A stretch of 58,982 nucleotides of DNA, from IMG/VR virus record IMGVR_UViG_3300007539_000021, positions 1 through 58,982 of that record; one strand, given 5' to 3'. The translations under genes were made by a program, and so were the position numbers. The notes under the pieces were generated by a model, which worked only from the letters and a program-made list of their open reading frames with translations, was not told the origin of the DNA and made no database searches. Each line of letters opens with the position of its first letter. Positions within the stretch are counted from its first letter, which is position 1. Source of the DNA: a virus. Lineage: Duplodnaviria > Caudoviricetes. Of this stretch, positions 1 to 8,592 are shown one piece after another.

Positions 1-402
1 CTTCCCTTTGCATATTTCCTACAAAAAGAATTTGTTAAATCTAAATCTTGCTGTGATATTTTTTCTACTAATGGCTTTTGTTTTTTTAATATAGCCTCTC
101 CAAAAGGAAAGGCATATATGTGCAAACTTCCTTTTGTAAACCAATTTTTACTGTCTGATGAGCCAAACTTTCCATAAAGAGGTGCTGCTAAATCATGCTT
201 AGTAAAAGAATTTGGTATGGTATTGTTATAATATTTATCTAGATATTGAGCAGCAGCATAATGTATTTCAAAAGTATCATTAAATAAATTAACTATCTCT
301 TCAGATAAAAAATTTTTTACTAAAACAAAACCTTGTTCCTGAAATCTATTTTGTAAAAAATTAATTTTTTCTTTTTCTATAGTTTGAAAAAATTTATCAT
401 CA
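1..402. repeat. Imperfect terminal direct repeat, copy 1 (circular-assembly overlap)
   Basis: 1-402 aligns without gaps to 58581-58982; identical over 1-116, about 26 substitutions counted by eye, nearly all in 117-293. Confidence 0.95.
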
Positions 403-437
403 GCTTGTTCTACTGCTTTCAAAAAACTATGTTCCAT
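1..437 (-). CDS. 2OG-Fe(II) oxygenase, N-terminal part (gene spans the circular junction, continues 58580->58304, ~237 aa)
   Basis: ATG at 437 overlapping the upstream stop; open frame MEHSFLKAVEQ...QGFVLVKNFLSEE...HIYAFPFGEAILKK joins in frame with ORF 58304..58705. Confidence 0.85.
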   Translation of the reverse strand, partial: MEHSFLKAVEQADDKFFQTIEKEKINFLQNRFQEQGFVLVKNFLSEEIVNLFNDTFEIHYAAAQYLDKYYNNTIPNSFTKHDLAAPLYGKFGSSDSKNWFTKGSLHIYAFPFGEAILKKQKPLVEKISQQDLDLTNSFCRKYAKG

Positions 438-1335
438 CTAATCTATACCTTATATAACCTTTTACTTGTTTTACTTCTAGCGTTTCACAGTCATAAACTA
501 TTCCATAACACCATACATCATCTTTTAACTTTTCATCAGGTATAGGAAAAGTATGTCCATATTTTTCGCACCAAGGTCGAAACAATTCATCAGTTGCAAA
601 TAAAAATATATCCCTCTCTTGACATTTACTGCCATCTTCATTGTATATGTCTGCAAAATAATACCAATAAGGGTTAATATCACTAGGCAAACCTTCCGGT
701 CTAGGAATATCTGCAGTTTGTTTTATTCCATAATAAACAGCTTTGAGTAATCTCTCTTTAGTTTCTAAATCGTATTTTAATCCATACCAAGGACACCATG
801 TATGACTATCAGGGTCTATTCCATAACTTTGTAAGAGATATCGACTAGGCTCTCTTTGTACATGATACATACTAATAGAATTAGTATTTTTGTATGGAGG
901 TCTTAAAGGAGCACCATCAGGAGCAAAGTAAGTTCCTATAACATTTAATTCACCTGACTCCCATACTTCTTCTTCTTTAGGAAATGCAGCCTTTACTTTT
1001 TCTAAAAGAGCCGGACCCTCGCCTGTTGCAATATTCCAATCTTTTCTTACAAGCTTTTGATTTACATATACTTCATCATAAATATCAGTTCTGTATAAAA
1101 AAGACTCATTCCTTTGTATTGCATGACTATATGCTTCAGCTTCTTTATGCCAAGTTTCTAGTGTTTCTGCTCCTTCTTTATCAAAATTTCCATATTCATC
1201 TATAAGTAATTTAGAGTCTTGCTCACTCCATTCCATATAATAATTAACGTCTTTATGTCTATATGTTCCTTCAAATGTTAAACGCCAAAACTCTTTACCA
1301 TTTTCATCAATATCTTTTCTTTTACCTGCTACCAT
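427..1335 (-). CDS. Hypothetical protein (302 aa, aromatic/acidic) downstream of tail-fibre cassette
   Basis: Long ORF in late-operon orientation; no motif recognised. Confidence 0.75.
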   Translation of the reverse strand: MVAGKRKDIDENGKEFWRLTFEGTYRHKDVNYYMEWSEQDSKLLIDEYGNFDKEGAETLETWHKEAEAYSHAIQRNESFLYRTDIYDEVYVNQKLVRKDWNIATGEGPALLEKVKAAFPKEEEVWESGELNVIGTYFAPDGAPLRPPYKNTNSISMYHVQREPSRYLLQSYGIDPDSHTWCPWYGLKYDLETKERLLKAVYYGIKQTADIPRPEGLPSDINPYWYYFADIYNEDGSKCQERDIFLFATDELFRPWCEKYGHTFPIPDEKLKDDVWCYGIVYDCETLEVKQVKGYIRYRLDGT

Positions 1336-1356
1336 TTTGTTATTATAACAATATCA

Positions 1357-2145
1357 TTATGTGAATGTGACAGTATTTGTAGTGCTTCCTGTAGCAGGAA
1401 AACCGGGTGAAGTAGGTGCAGGACCAAAAGGATAAAATGTTCCATTACCTGCCCAAGCAGGTTGACCTGACCAAGTCCAACTAACAGAAAACCAACCGGG
1501 CGACAAATATGTAAAATTTGTAAACATACTAAATGTACCACTAGCTCTAGGATAATTTACATTATATGCAGGATTAGCTATGTTCATTGTTGTCCAACCT
1601 CCGTTTGCAGTTGAACTAGGATAAGTTTTTGGAACAGATAAGTCTCCTCCATATTCAAGACGTAAAGGACCGGGACCCGGACTAGCTACTGACCCTGAAG
1701 ATGATGGAGATGTACGCCTTAAACCTTTAAAATTTAATAAAGGTACTACTCCTCTAGATGCAGTCGTATAATTATAAATACCTGTTTGATAAAGACTCGG
1801 ATAATTAATAGGACAACGACCCATATAATTTGTCACAGGGTCATGTCCTGCATCATGTGTGCCTGTTGCAACATTTTCATAACCCCAATAATAAGTTGAT
1901 GTCGCTGCAACTCCGGGACCAGAAGCTGTAGTTTGATTATCCCAACCTATAGTAAAAGTATATTGATTTGAGAAACCATTTTTACTTCGCCATTGTGCAA
2001 GATTTACAGATGTTGAACTTGGTTGATTATACTGATAAGCCATTTGTTTAACTTCAGTATTATTTATGGAAACAGTTGTAGTAGCAGCCAAACCTCTTTC
2101 TGTATTCATTTGAGACATTGAAACTGTAGTTGAAGGAAATGCCAT
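1357..2145 (-). CDS. Putative distal tail fibre / receptor-binding protein
   Basis: N-terminus MAFPSTTVSMSQMNTERG resembles the short helical anchor of adhesins that follow S74-chaperone fibres; S/T/G/N/Y-rich; coupled to the fibre gene. Confidence 0.6.
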   Translation of the reverse strand: MAFPSTTVSMSQMNTERGLAATTTVSINNTEVKQMAYQYNQPSSTSVNLAQWRSKNGFSNQYTFTIGWDNQTTASGPGVAATSTYYWGYENVATGTHDAGHDPVTNYMGRCPINYPSLYQTGIYNYTTASRGVVPLLNFKGLRRTSPSSSGSVASPGPGPLRLEYGGDLSVPKTYPSSTANGGWTTMNIANPAYNVNYPRASGTFSMFTNFTYLSPGWFSVSWTWSGQPAWAGNGTFYPFGPAPTSPGFPATGSTTNTVTFT

Positions 2146-3242
2146 TACTTATCCTCTAATTCTTTTACTCTAGCTTCTAATTCTTTTATAGCTTCTACTA
2201 ACAGACCTACTGTATTGCCATAACGAATAGCTAAATGTTCTTCTTCAGTTTCTAAATCTTTTTCTGTATATACAGCTTCCGGCAAAACTTTTTCTAAATC
2301 TTGTGCTATAAGTCCTGTCAATCTATTACCATCTGATTTTAAATCGTAAGTAATACCTTTTAATTGTTTTACTTTATCTAAGGCATCATCTATAACTTCT
2401 ACATTTTCTTTTAGTCTTATATCAGAGGGAGAGCCATAAGCTGTGACATTTCCTGCAACAACTAAATTACCACTACCATCAACAGAAAATCTATTAGCTC
2501 CACTAGAAGTATCTTGAAAATAAACATAGCTATTTATTTTTATATAAGTTGAGCCACTACTTGCAGTAAAATAAAATCTATTTGCACCATCTGTAGAATT
2601 TATCCAACCATTAGTTCCAAACTGTGCAGAAGTAGCTATTGTTCCTTGATAAGTTCCATTGTAAGTTGCAGTCACACCATTATTAAATGTTGCAGCACCA
2701 CCATTTGACATATCAAGAGTAAGGGCAGTAATTCCTGTACCACCATCATTACCCCTAAAAATTATATCTTTATCTTGTACCCCTGCCTCAAAAGCAAAAT
2801 CACTAGAACTATTAAAAATTTTACCTATTTCTGTTCCAGCATCTTGAAAAGATACCTCTCCATTATTGTCAGCATCTAAAATAATACTTCCGGGAACATC
2901 AAGAGTCATATCTCCAGAAGCAGGTAAAACTACAGCTTTACTTGCAGGTAGTGTACAAAATACATCTTTAGTTCCTGCAGAAAAATTTACTGCAGAGTCA
3001 GAGTTAGAACTACTAATAATTGTAGTTCTCGCTAAAGTATCTGGAGTTGCGTCTGTTATAGTTCCTAAACCAACTTCAAACTCGTCTAAACTTTGATGAA
3101 CGATAGCATAGTAAGTTGTATTGGAATTACCAATACCTGCAACAAATGACTCGAAACCTGTTTCAGCACCTGCTAAGTTTACTGTGCCTGTACCCGTAGT
3201 CGTTGTTGTTTCTTTAACTCTATCGTTAAGAACAAATGCCAT
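2145..3242 (-). CDS. Tail fibre protein with C-terminal intramolecular chaperone (Peptidase S74-like)
   Basis: N-terminal DRVKETTTTTGTG virion motif; SDIRLKENV...GLIAQDLEKVLPEAV...LVEAIKELEARV chaperone signature. Confidence 0.85.
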   Translation of the reverse strand: MAFVLNDRVKETTTTTGTGTVNLAGAETGFESFVAGIGNSNTTYYAIVHQSLDEFEVGLGTITDATPDTLARTTIISSSNSDSAVNFSAGTKDVFCTLPASKAVVLPASGDMTLDVPGSIILDADNNGEVSFQDAGTEIGKIFNSSSDFAFEAGVQDKDIIFRGNDGGTGITALTLDMSNGGAATFNNGVTATYNGTYQGTIATSAQFGTNGWINSTDGANRFYFTASSGSTYIKINSYVYFQDTSSGANRFSVDGSGNLVVAGNVTAYGSPSDIRLKENVEVIDDALDKVKQLKGITYDLKSDGNRLTGLIAQDLEKVLPEAVYTEKDLETEEEHLAIRYGNTVGLLVEAIKELEARVKELEDK

Positions 3243-3670
3243 TAAGCTATTCTAATAATTGCGTTTGAAGCGTCAGGTGTTGGAAATTGTATTGTAAAGT
3301 CACCATTAGTAGAACTTTTATCTCCACCAAAAGCTAATACACATACAGCTTTATTACTATTAGTGCTGTTATAAATTAAAGCACCATTAGCAGTTATTGT
3401 AGAACTACTAAAAGTTAAATCAGCAAAATCAGTAAATGCAGTTGTTCCACTTGAGGTTGGTGTCACATTTGTTAATGCTCCTCCACCAGAAGTATAACCT
3501 GTACCAGAAACTTCATTAGTTGCTGAGAAAGCAGTTGTAGCTGCACCAAGTGTAGCCGAGCTTGTGTACAAAGCTAACTTAAAAGCATTACCACTACTGT
3601 TTGTAAAATTGTGCGTACCTGTCATAAGTTCAACTTTAAACGAAGTACACATTGCTTGAGAAATTGCCAT
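3242..3670 (-). CDS. Virion structural protein
   Basis: MAISQAMCTSFKVELM...FKLALYTS...GALIYN...FGGDKSST, a widespread phage structural family; T/S/A/G-rich. Confidence 0.7.
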   Translation of the reverse strand: MAISQAMCTSFKVELMTGTHNFTNSSGNAFKLALYTSSATLGAATTAFSATNEVSGTGYTSGGGALTNVTPTSSGTTAFTDFADLTFSSSTITANGALIYNSTNSNKAVCVLAFGGDKSSTNGDFTIQFPTPDASNAIIRIA

Positions 3671-3960
3671 TACAGCCTCCTTATAATTTCAGCCATATCT
3701 TTATGACCTTGTTTTTCTAATAAACCTGCAACTGTACTTCTATCACTAGCTACTGCTTGTTTTAGATAGTGCAGGATAAGTTGTTGTATAGAGTCTCTAA
3801 ATGCTTCAGCTTGTGCCTTAACCATAGGGTCTGCTGTGTCACTTATTGAAACTAACCTTTCAACAATTCTATCTGTCCAATACTCAGGACTTAAACCTTT
3901 ATTTTCTGTTGTCTGTACTCCAACAGTACCTGTAGTTGTTTCTATATCAACTGTAAACAT
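3670..3960 (-). CDS. Conserved phage hypothetical protein
   Basis: Translationally coupled ORF within the late operon. Confidence 0.7.
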   Translation of the reverse strand: MFTVDIETTTGTVGVQTTENKGLSPEYWTDRIVERLVSISDTADPMVKAQAEAFRDSIQQLILHYLKQAVASDRSTVAGLLEKQGHKDMAEIIRRL

Positions 3961-4601
3961 TATGTCCTCTTCTGTCTTAACATACCCTCAGCATAGGTAT
4001 CTATAGTATTGTCTGCTTCCCCTAAGTTTTTCAATCTAGATATAGCTTGAAAATATCTTTTTTCATATTCAGCTAACATATCTTGTGCTCCCTTCATATA
4101 TACATAACCCTCTATTAAACAGCCATATAACAAAGCATTTGTTGCATTTACTGATAACCAAGTTGTTCCACTCTCTGCTCCTGCTGTAATAGAAGCAGGT
4201 TTGTAAAAATAATGTAGCTCTACTGTTAAATTTAAACTTGGAGTTGGTGCCACTATAAAAGTATCATCATCATAAAGAGCATAATGTTGTGGTGTTCCTG
4301 TTGCTGTTTTATCTGGGTATGCTTCTCTAATAAAGTTTACATCTCTAAAATATAAAAAGTTTTGAGACTGTCCACTAAAAACAGCTAAAGAAAAATTATC
4401 TAAAAAATCTGAGGGTGTAGATAAATATTCATTATTTGCAGTCAATTGACCGGTGACATTTTTTCTAAAGTTTGGAAGTTTTACGGATTTAACAATCCTT
4501 TCTTCTGCTTGTTTAATAATGTCAGGCAAGTTAGAAACAAACGAAGTTTCGTTGTTTTCTAAATAATTCTGTATTAAAGATTTTAATTCGCTATATGTCA
4601 T
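3960..4601 (-). CDS. Putative head-tail adaptor / tail tubular protein
   Basis: MTYSELKSLIQNYLE...IKQAEERI...APTP...TTWLS...LLYGCLIEGY pattern typical of podoviral adaptor proteins. Confidence 0.7.
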   Translation of the reverse strand: MTYSELKSLIQNYLENNETSFVSNLPDIIKQAEERIVKSVKLPNFRKNVTGQLTANNEYLSTPSDFLDNFSLAVFSGQSQNFLYFRDVNFIREAYPDKTATGTPQHYALYDDDTFIVAPTPSLNLTVELHYFYKPASITAGAESGTTWLSVNATNALLYGCLIEGYVYMKGAQDMLAEYEKRYFQAISRLKNLGEADNTIDTYAEGMLRQKRT

Positions 4602-5380
4602 GGTGTATTTGCTTGTCCTCCCATACCACTATGATTGGTACAGTAATAATAAAGAGTAGGTGCTCCAACAGCTACAGTTATTTGTGTGTATGCTCCTGCA
4701 TTACCCGGAGTTCCATATGTTGTCACGCCTGTTGTATATTCACTTCCTCCTCCATGAGTTCCATCAGAAGTTGTAGAAAATCTTAATGGGTGAGTTGCAT
4801 TACCGGCATTGCTTTGGTCAAACCTATAAGTCTTACCCTCTTCTAAAGTCAATGTAGGTTGTCTAACAGAGTCAATATAAAAACGATTACCTCCACCATA
4901 AGCTTGTACTGTGACTACATAGTTCGTTATTGCTAAGGCACTAACAGCATTTAAGTATGATGTTAATTGGTTTTGAGTTAATTGAACAGATACATTAGCC
5001 GGACTAGGTGAAGGACTAGGACTAGGCGAAGGACTAGGCGAAGGACTAGGACTAGGACTTGGCACATTAGTTGTTGTTATTGTGCTAAAGCCTATTCCTC
5101 CTCTTATGACCATGCCTGTACTGTTCAATGGATTAAATCCAAAATAACTTGTAGAGGCTGCCTCTCCTGAGTCAGGTCTAGGATTGTATAAACCTATATT
5201 GTCTGAAGTATCTACCTCTCCTATTCTATATTGAGGTTGGTCAGGGTCTATACAAGACGGACATATTCTACTGCCTGTTTTCTTTTGGTCTTGTACTTCG
5301 TATTTTAAATCTTTAAGTTTGTAGGTAAAGCCACATCTATCACAGATACCAATTGCTTTTTTACCTGCTGCATATGCCAT
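4598..5380 (-). CDS. Virion-associated protein: N-terminal CxxC...CxxC domain, (Ser-Pro)n linker, C-terminal cupredoxin-like domain
   Basis: CDRCG...CPSC; (SP) repeat; HPLRFS...LYYYCTNHSGMGG His/Cys/His/Met pattern. Confidence 0.65.
   Translation of the reverse strand: MAYAAGKKAIGICDRCGFTYKLKDLKYEVQDQKKTGSRICPSCIDPDQPQYRIGEVDTSDNIGLYNPRPDSGEAASTSYFGFNPLNSTGMVIRGGIGFSTITTTNVPSPSPSPSPSPSPSPSPSPSPANVSVQLTQNQLTSYLNAVSALAITNYVVTVQAYGGGNRFYIDSVRQPTLTLEEGKTYRFDQSNAGNATHPLRFSTTSDGTHGGGSEYTTGVTTYGTPGNAGAYTQITVAVGAPTLYYYCTNHSGMGGQANTP
5000..5063 (-). repeat. Coding hexanucleotide tandem repeat encoding a (Pro-Ser)~10 linker
   Basis: ggacta/ggcgaa-type 6-nt units; protein VPSPSPSPSPSPSPSPSPSPSPA. Confidence 0.9.
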
Positions 5381-5382
5381 GG

Positions 5383-6072
5383 TTAATAACTATTAGTATT
5401 AGGCACAAATCTTATAGCAGCTCTTTCTCTATCTGCTTCTGATACTTCTTTCCAAAGTTCATCATACCTTTGCTTTATCATAGGTATTCGACTTTGAGAT
5501 TGGTCATTCTTACAAGCTATGTTGTATGCCAAAGCATAAGTCAAACATGGTAAATATCTAGCAGGAACATCTGGATTTACACTTGCATTACCACCTGCAT
5601 CTTCAATTCTTTTTATGTAATCATATAGCAAAGTATAGGTTTGCTTTGAGTCAGGTGTTGCCCAAACTCCTATCTTTAATGTCAATCCTTTATCAACATA
5701 GTATTGTGTCGGCTTAGATTGCAAAAGTTTTTTAGCTTGATGGTTGTATTCAGTTCTACTTATCCTTGTAAGTCGTTGGTCAAATTGGTCTGCTACATCT
5801 CCTGCATCAGTTCTAATTACAGCATCAACTACTTCTAATGCTGTACTTTCTGCATCATATAAGTTTGTACCTGCAGTCAAAGTTATACTGCCTTGTTCTA
5901 CTTTCCAAAGATTAAGTCCTTTGTTTTGCCATTCTAAAAAGATTAAATCCAATGCACGTTTAGCTGTGTTGTAATCTCCACCTGACATCATAGATAAACC
6001 ACAGAGGTCAAATGCCTCTTCCATAAGTTCTGTGATATCTAAATTAAATCCGTAAGTTCCACTAGTCGCCAT
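5383..6072 (-). CDS. Putative head-tail connector / tail tubular protein
   Basis: MATSGTYGFNLDITELMEEAFDLCG...EWQNKGLNLW...ISRTEY...PTQYY...DVPARYLPCL conserved virion family. Confidence 0.7.
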   Translation of the reverse strand: MATSGTYGFNLDITELMEEAFDLCGLSMMSGGDYNTAKRALDLIFLEWQNKGLNLWKVEQGSITLTAGTNLYDAESTALEVVDAVIRTDAGDVADQFDQRLTRISRTEYNHQAKKLLQSKPTQYYVDKGLTLKIGVWATPDSKQTYTLLYDYIKRIEDAGGNASVNPDVPARYLPCLTYALAYNIACKNDQSQSRIPMIKQRYDELWKEVSEADRERAAIRFVPNTNSY

Positions 6073-6184
6073 ATCTAACTCTTATTACTGTTATGTCTCC
6101 TCGCTTTTCTTGGGTTATGATTTTTTGTTTTTTTTTACCAGACTTTTCAATCTGTTCTTGCATATTAGTTCTAGCTATCGTCAT
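6062..6184 (-). CDS. Small basic protein (40 aa), not in ORF track
   Basis: MTIARTNMQEQIEKSGKKKQK...; ATGA overlap with the upstream stop, fills the gap in the operon. Confidence 0.6.
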   Translation of the reverse strand: MTIARTNMQEQIEKSGKKKQKIITQEKRGDITVIRVRYGD

Positions 6185-6420
6185 CTGTACCTCGCTGTTT
6201 TTTTTGCAATGTTCTTTGGTTGTTTTACAAACTGTTTGCCTTTTTTAGTTCCTTTTCTTTTAGCTCTTGTAGTAGCTGCATATTCTGCAGAAGATAAAGC
6301 TTTAATTGCTTTTTCCGGTAGATAACGCTCTCCTGTTTTGCCCGAAGGTTTACCAGACTTTGTTCTCCATTTTTGTTTAGTCCAATTCTTTAAAGACCTT
6401 TGTGACTTTTTTAAAGGCAT
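6181..6420 (-). CDS. Small Lys/Arg-rich phage protein
   Basis: SQRSLKNWTKQKWRTKSGKPS...GERYLP conserved phage motif; coupled to neighbours. Confidence 0.75.
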   Translation of the reverse strand: MPLKKSQRSLKNWTKQKWRTKSGKPSGKTGERYLPEKAIKALSSAEYAATTRAKRKGTKKGKQFVKQPKNIAKKTARYR

Positions 6421-6662
6421 TACTTACCGACTTTTTTCATAGCAGCTTTATGAGCTTTTTCAAAACTCTTACCGGCTTCCATCATTTTTTCCATAGCAGA
6501 CATATGCTTTTTAGAATGATGTTTACCATGTTCTTTCATTTGTTTTTTTTGTGCAGGAGTTAAACCACCTGCTTTCATAAATCCCATTTTATTCCTAACA
6601 TCAGTAGGAAGCTTACTTAAACCTTTATTTCCCTCAGGAACTTCTCTAAGTTTCTTATTCAT
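6420..6662 (-). CDS. Small basic phage protein
   Basis: NKGLSKLPTDVRNKMGFMKAGG; coupled. Confidence 0.7.
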   Translation of the reverse strand: MNKKLREVPEGNKGLSKLPTDVRNKMGFMKAGGLTPAQKKQMKEHGKHHSKKHMSAMEKMMEAGKSFEKAHKAAMKKVGK

Positions 6663-6850
6663 TTGTATCCACCACCTTTAGCTTTATATTGTTTAGCTAA
6701 CATCTGAGCTTTACGTGCAGACCATTGACCCGGCTTACCACCTTTGCTACCTGCTTTAATTCTATTAAAAAGATTTTTACGCATAGTAGGTTTTGTATAA
6801 TTACCTGCTTCATTAACTCTTGATTTAGATTTTTTTGCTCTACTCACCAC
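6659..6850 (-). CDS. Small basic phage protein (DUF5872-like)
   Basis: NYTKPTMRK...GSKGGKPGQWSARKAQMLAKQYKAKGGGY motif. Confidence 0.7.
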   Translation of the reverse strand: MVSRAKKSKSRVNEAGNYTKPTMRKNLFNRIKAGSKGGKPGQWSARKAQMLAKQYKAKGGGYK

Positions 6851-7137
6851 TTCACCTTATCTGCCCAATAAGCTGCTGACATCTTACCTTTTTTAATATT
6901 TTTTGCATGACGAGCTTTGAAGGATTTTCGTTTTGCTTTCATACGTGCAGACTCTCCTGCTTTAGGTTTACCTGCAGTCTTAGCTCCTTTTTGTCCAAAC
7001 CTAATAGTTTTTACTTTGTTGCCTTCTTTAGCAACAACAATATGAGACTTCTTAGGGTGGTTAGGAGTACGCTTAGGTTTGTTATAACCTGATACTCCTG
7101 CCCTTTTTAAACGAGAGTCCTTCTTAGCTCCTGACAT
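6844..7137 (-). CDS. Small basic phage protein
   Basis: GYNKPKRTPNHPKKSHIVVAK...IRFGQ...RKSFKARH...SAAYWA conserved phage motif. Confidence 0.75.
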   Translation of the reverse strand: MSGAKKDSRLKRAGVSGYNKPKRTPNHPKKSHIVVAKEGNKVKTIRFGQKGAKTAGKPKAGESARMKAKRKSFKARHAKNIKKGKMSAAYWADKVKW

Positions 7138-7289
7138 TATTTGCCTGTCTTACCACCACGGAACATAGCAGACATTGGTGCCTTCTTTTTCATAACACCA
7201 CCACCCATATAGGTTTGATGTTTATTTTTTTTAAGACCACCACCATGTCCATAAGACATCTTTTTATTTTTTTTCATGTCGCCCGGCAT
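7137..7289 (-). CDS. Small basic protein (50 aa) with three xxGG motifs, not in ORF track
   Basis: GAGG RBS; MPGDMKKNKKMSYGHGGGLKKNKHQTYMGGGVMKKKAPMSAMFRGGKTGK; TAATG overlap with the next gene. Confidence 0.7.
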   Translation of the reverse strand: MPGDMKKNKKMSYGHGGGLKKNKHQTYMGGGVMKKKAPMSAMFRGGKTGK

Positions 7290-7296
7290 AATTACC

Positions 7297-7599
7297 TCAC
7301 TTCTTTTTTGTAGTAGCTTTCTTTTTAGCTACGGGTTTTTTCTTAGTTGTTTTTTTCTTTGGTGCTTTTCCACCTACATATGCTTCATTTACATCAGGTG
7401 TTGAAGGGTCATCAGCCACATAGTGACCTTTTGCTGTTCTAGCTCTGACACCATTTAGTTCATCTGCTTTTCTTTGAGCATCTGCTAAATCAGGGTCAGG
7501 TCCGAATACAACTTCATATATACCTTCAGCATTTGCTTGTAAAACAAAATACTGTGGGGGAAAACCACTTGTAGAAATAATTGCTTTCTTACTTGCCAT
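7297..7599 (-). CDS. Phage hypothetical protein with Lys-rich tail
   Basis: AGGAG RBS; RARTAKGHYVADDPSTPDVNEAY motif common in aquatic phages. Confidence 0.7.
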   Translation of the reverse strand: MASKKAIISTSGFPPQYFVLQANAEGIYEVVFGPDPDLADAQRKADELNGVRARTAKGHYVADDPSTPDVNEAYVGGKAPKKKTTKKKPVAKKKATTKKK

Positions 7600-7608
7600 A
7601 TTAACTCC

Positions 7609-8010
7609 TTAATACGTTTTTATCATTTCAAGAGTAATAGAATAGGTATCCCCATTACTAGCACCCTTAGTTGTGAAAAGAACGTCACCATTCTTTCCTG
7701 TTCCTGCATTATTTGGAATACCACCAAAATCCGAATAGTCCATATGCCCATTACTACTTTCTGCCAACTCCATGATTAAAACATTAGCATTAGCATTAAA
7801 AAATAATTGAACAGACATACCAACAATGGCATGGCTTACTCGTACTATTTTAACTCCGGAACAAGCTGTTCCTTCTGAGTTAGCAGATAAAGCAGAAACG
7901 TCTACTTTAGCTACAGCACTTTCACCCGTGCCATCACTAACATTGGTAAATTTCATAACACAGTTTCTGTCGCCATCTATAATAGTCTGGCTTGTGACTG
8001 CATCTGCCAT
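7609..8010 (-). CDS. Virion structural protein
   Basis: MADAVTSQTIIDG...FTNVSDGTGESAVAKVDVSAL; beta-rich; located in head module. Confidence 0.7.
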   Translation of the reverse strand: MADAVTSQTIIDGDRNCVMKFTNVSDGTGESAVAKVDVSALSANSEGTACSGVKIVRVSHAIVGMSVQLFFNANANVLIMELAESSNGHMDYSDFGGIPNNAGTGKNGDVLFTTKGASNGDTYSITLEMIKTY

Positions 8011-8019
8011 AATTTACCT

Positions 8020-8475
8020 TTAACTTAGATTGTTGTTTTGGATATATAAGACTGTTGCCGTAGCAGCTCCGGTGGTTGAGTCACCATTTGCTCCGGTGAA
8101 GTCGGCTAGAACTTGAATGTCAGTAGTTCCAACATCAGTAGCTTCAGTATCTAAAGTACCTCTTGTTGTTGCAAGTGCTTTTACATTTTGTCCATCAATA
8201 AAAGCATTTCCGTCTGCTGCTGTACCAATAGATACAGTAGCTGCACCACCATCATTATTAACAGTAGTGACGTTTAATACGACATCAATAATTTGTGAAT
8301 TAGCCGGTATAGTAGCTATTACTTGGTTTAAGTGACTTGCACCAAGAATATCTACAACTGCAGATTGTGCCATAACAACTGAGCCGGTATTAGCGACATC
8401 AGTACCTACAGTAGTTCCGGTTGTGTCTTTGATAGTCCCTGCTTTAACAGGTCCTGTAAATGTAGTTGTTGCCAT
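8020..8475 (-). CDS. Putative capsid decoration protein
   Basis: MATTTFTGPVKAG...IPANSQIIDV; immediately downstream of MCP; strong AGGAGG RBS. Confidence 0.65.
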   Translation of the reverse strand: MATTTFTGPVKAGTIKDTTGTTVGTDVANTGSVVMAQSAVVDILGASHLNQVIATIPANSQIIDVVLNVTTVNNDGGAATVSIGTAADGNAFIDGQNVKALATTRGTLDTEATDVGTTDIQVLADFTGANGDSTTGAATATVLYIQNNNLS

Positions 8476-8494
8476 TATTCCCTCCTTAAAGGAA

Positions 8495-8556
8495 AAACTC
8501 TATCATCTTGGCTTGTCTGCTAGGTCAGTTGATAGAGAAATTAATTAATCCTAGAT
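8495..8556 (-). ncRNA. Pseudoknotted RNA element downstream of the capsid gene (candidate Mu-gpT-DE-like motif)
   Basis: 8-bp stem CUCUAUCA/UGAUAGAG whose loop CCUAG can pair with upstream CUAGG; lies between the MCP terminator and the next RBS. Confidence 0.5.
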
Positions 8557-8560
8557 GTAG

Positions 8561-8587
8561 AAAAAGGGAGGACCGAAGTCCTCCCTT
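8561..8587 (-). terminator. Intrinsic terminator after major capsid gene
   Basis: Minus strand GGGAGGAC-UUCG-GUCCUCCC followed by UUUUU. Confidence 0.9.
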
Positions 8588-8592
8588 AATTC

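Noticed and set aside
1-402. Diversity-generating retroelement TR/VR pair suggested by the diverged repeat
   Set aside because: Substitutions are not adenine-specific on either strand, the copies are at the contig ends, and no reverse transcriptase is present
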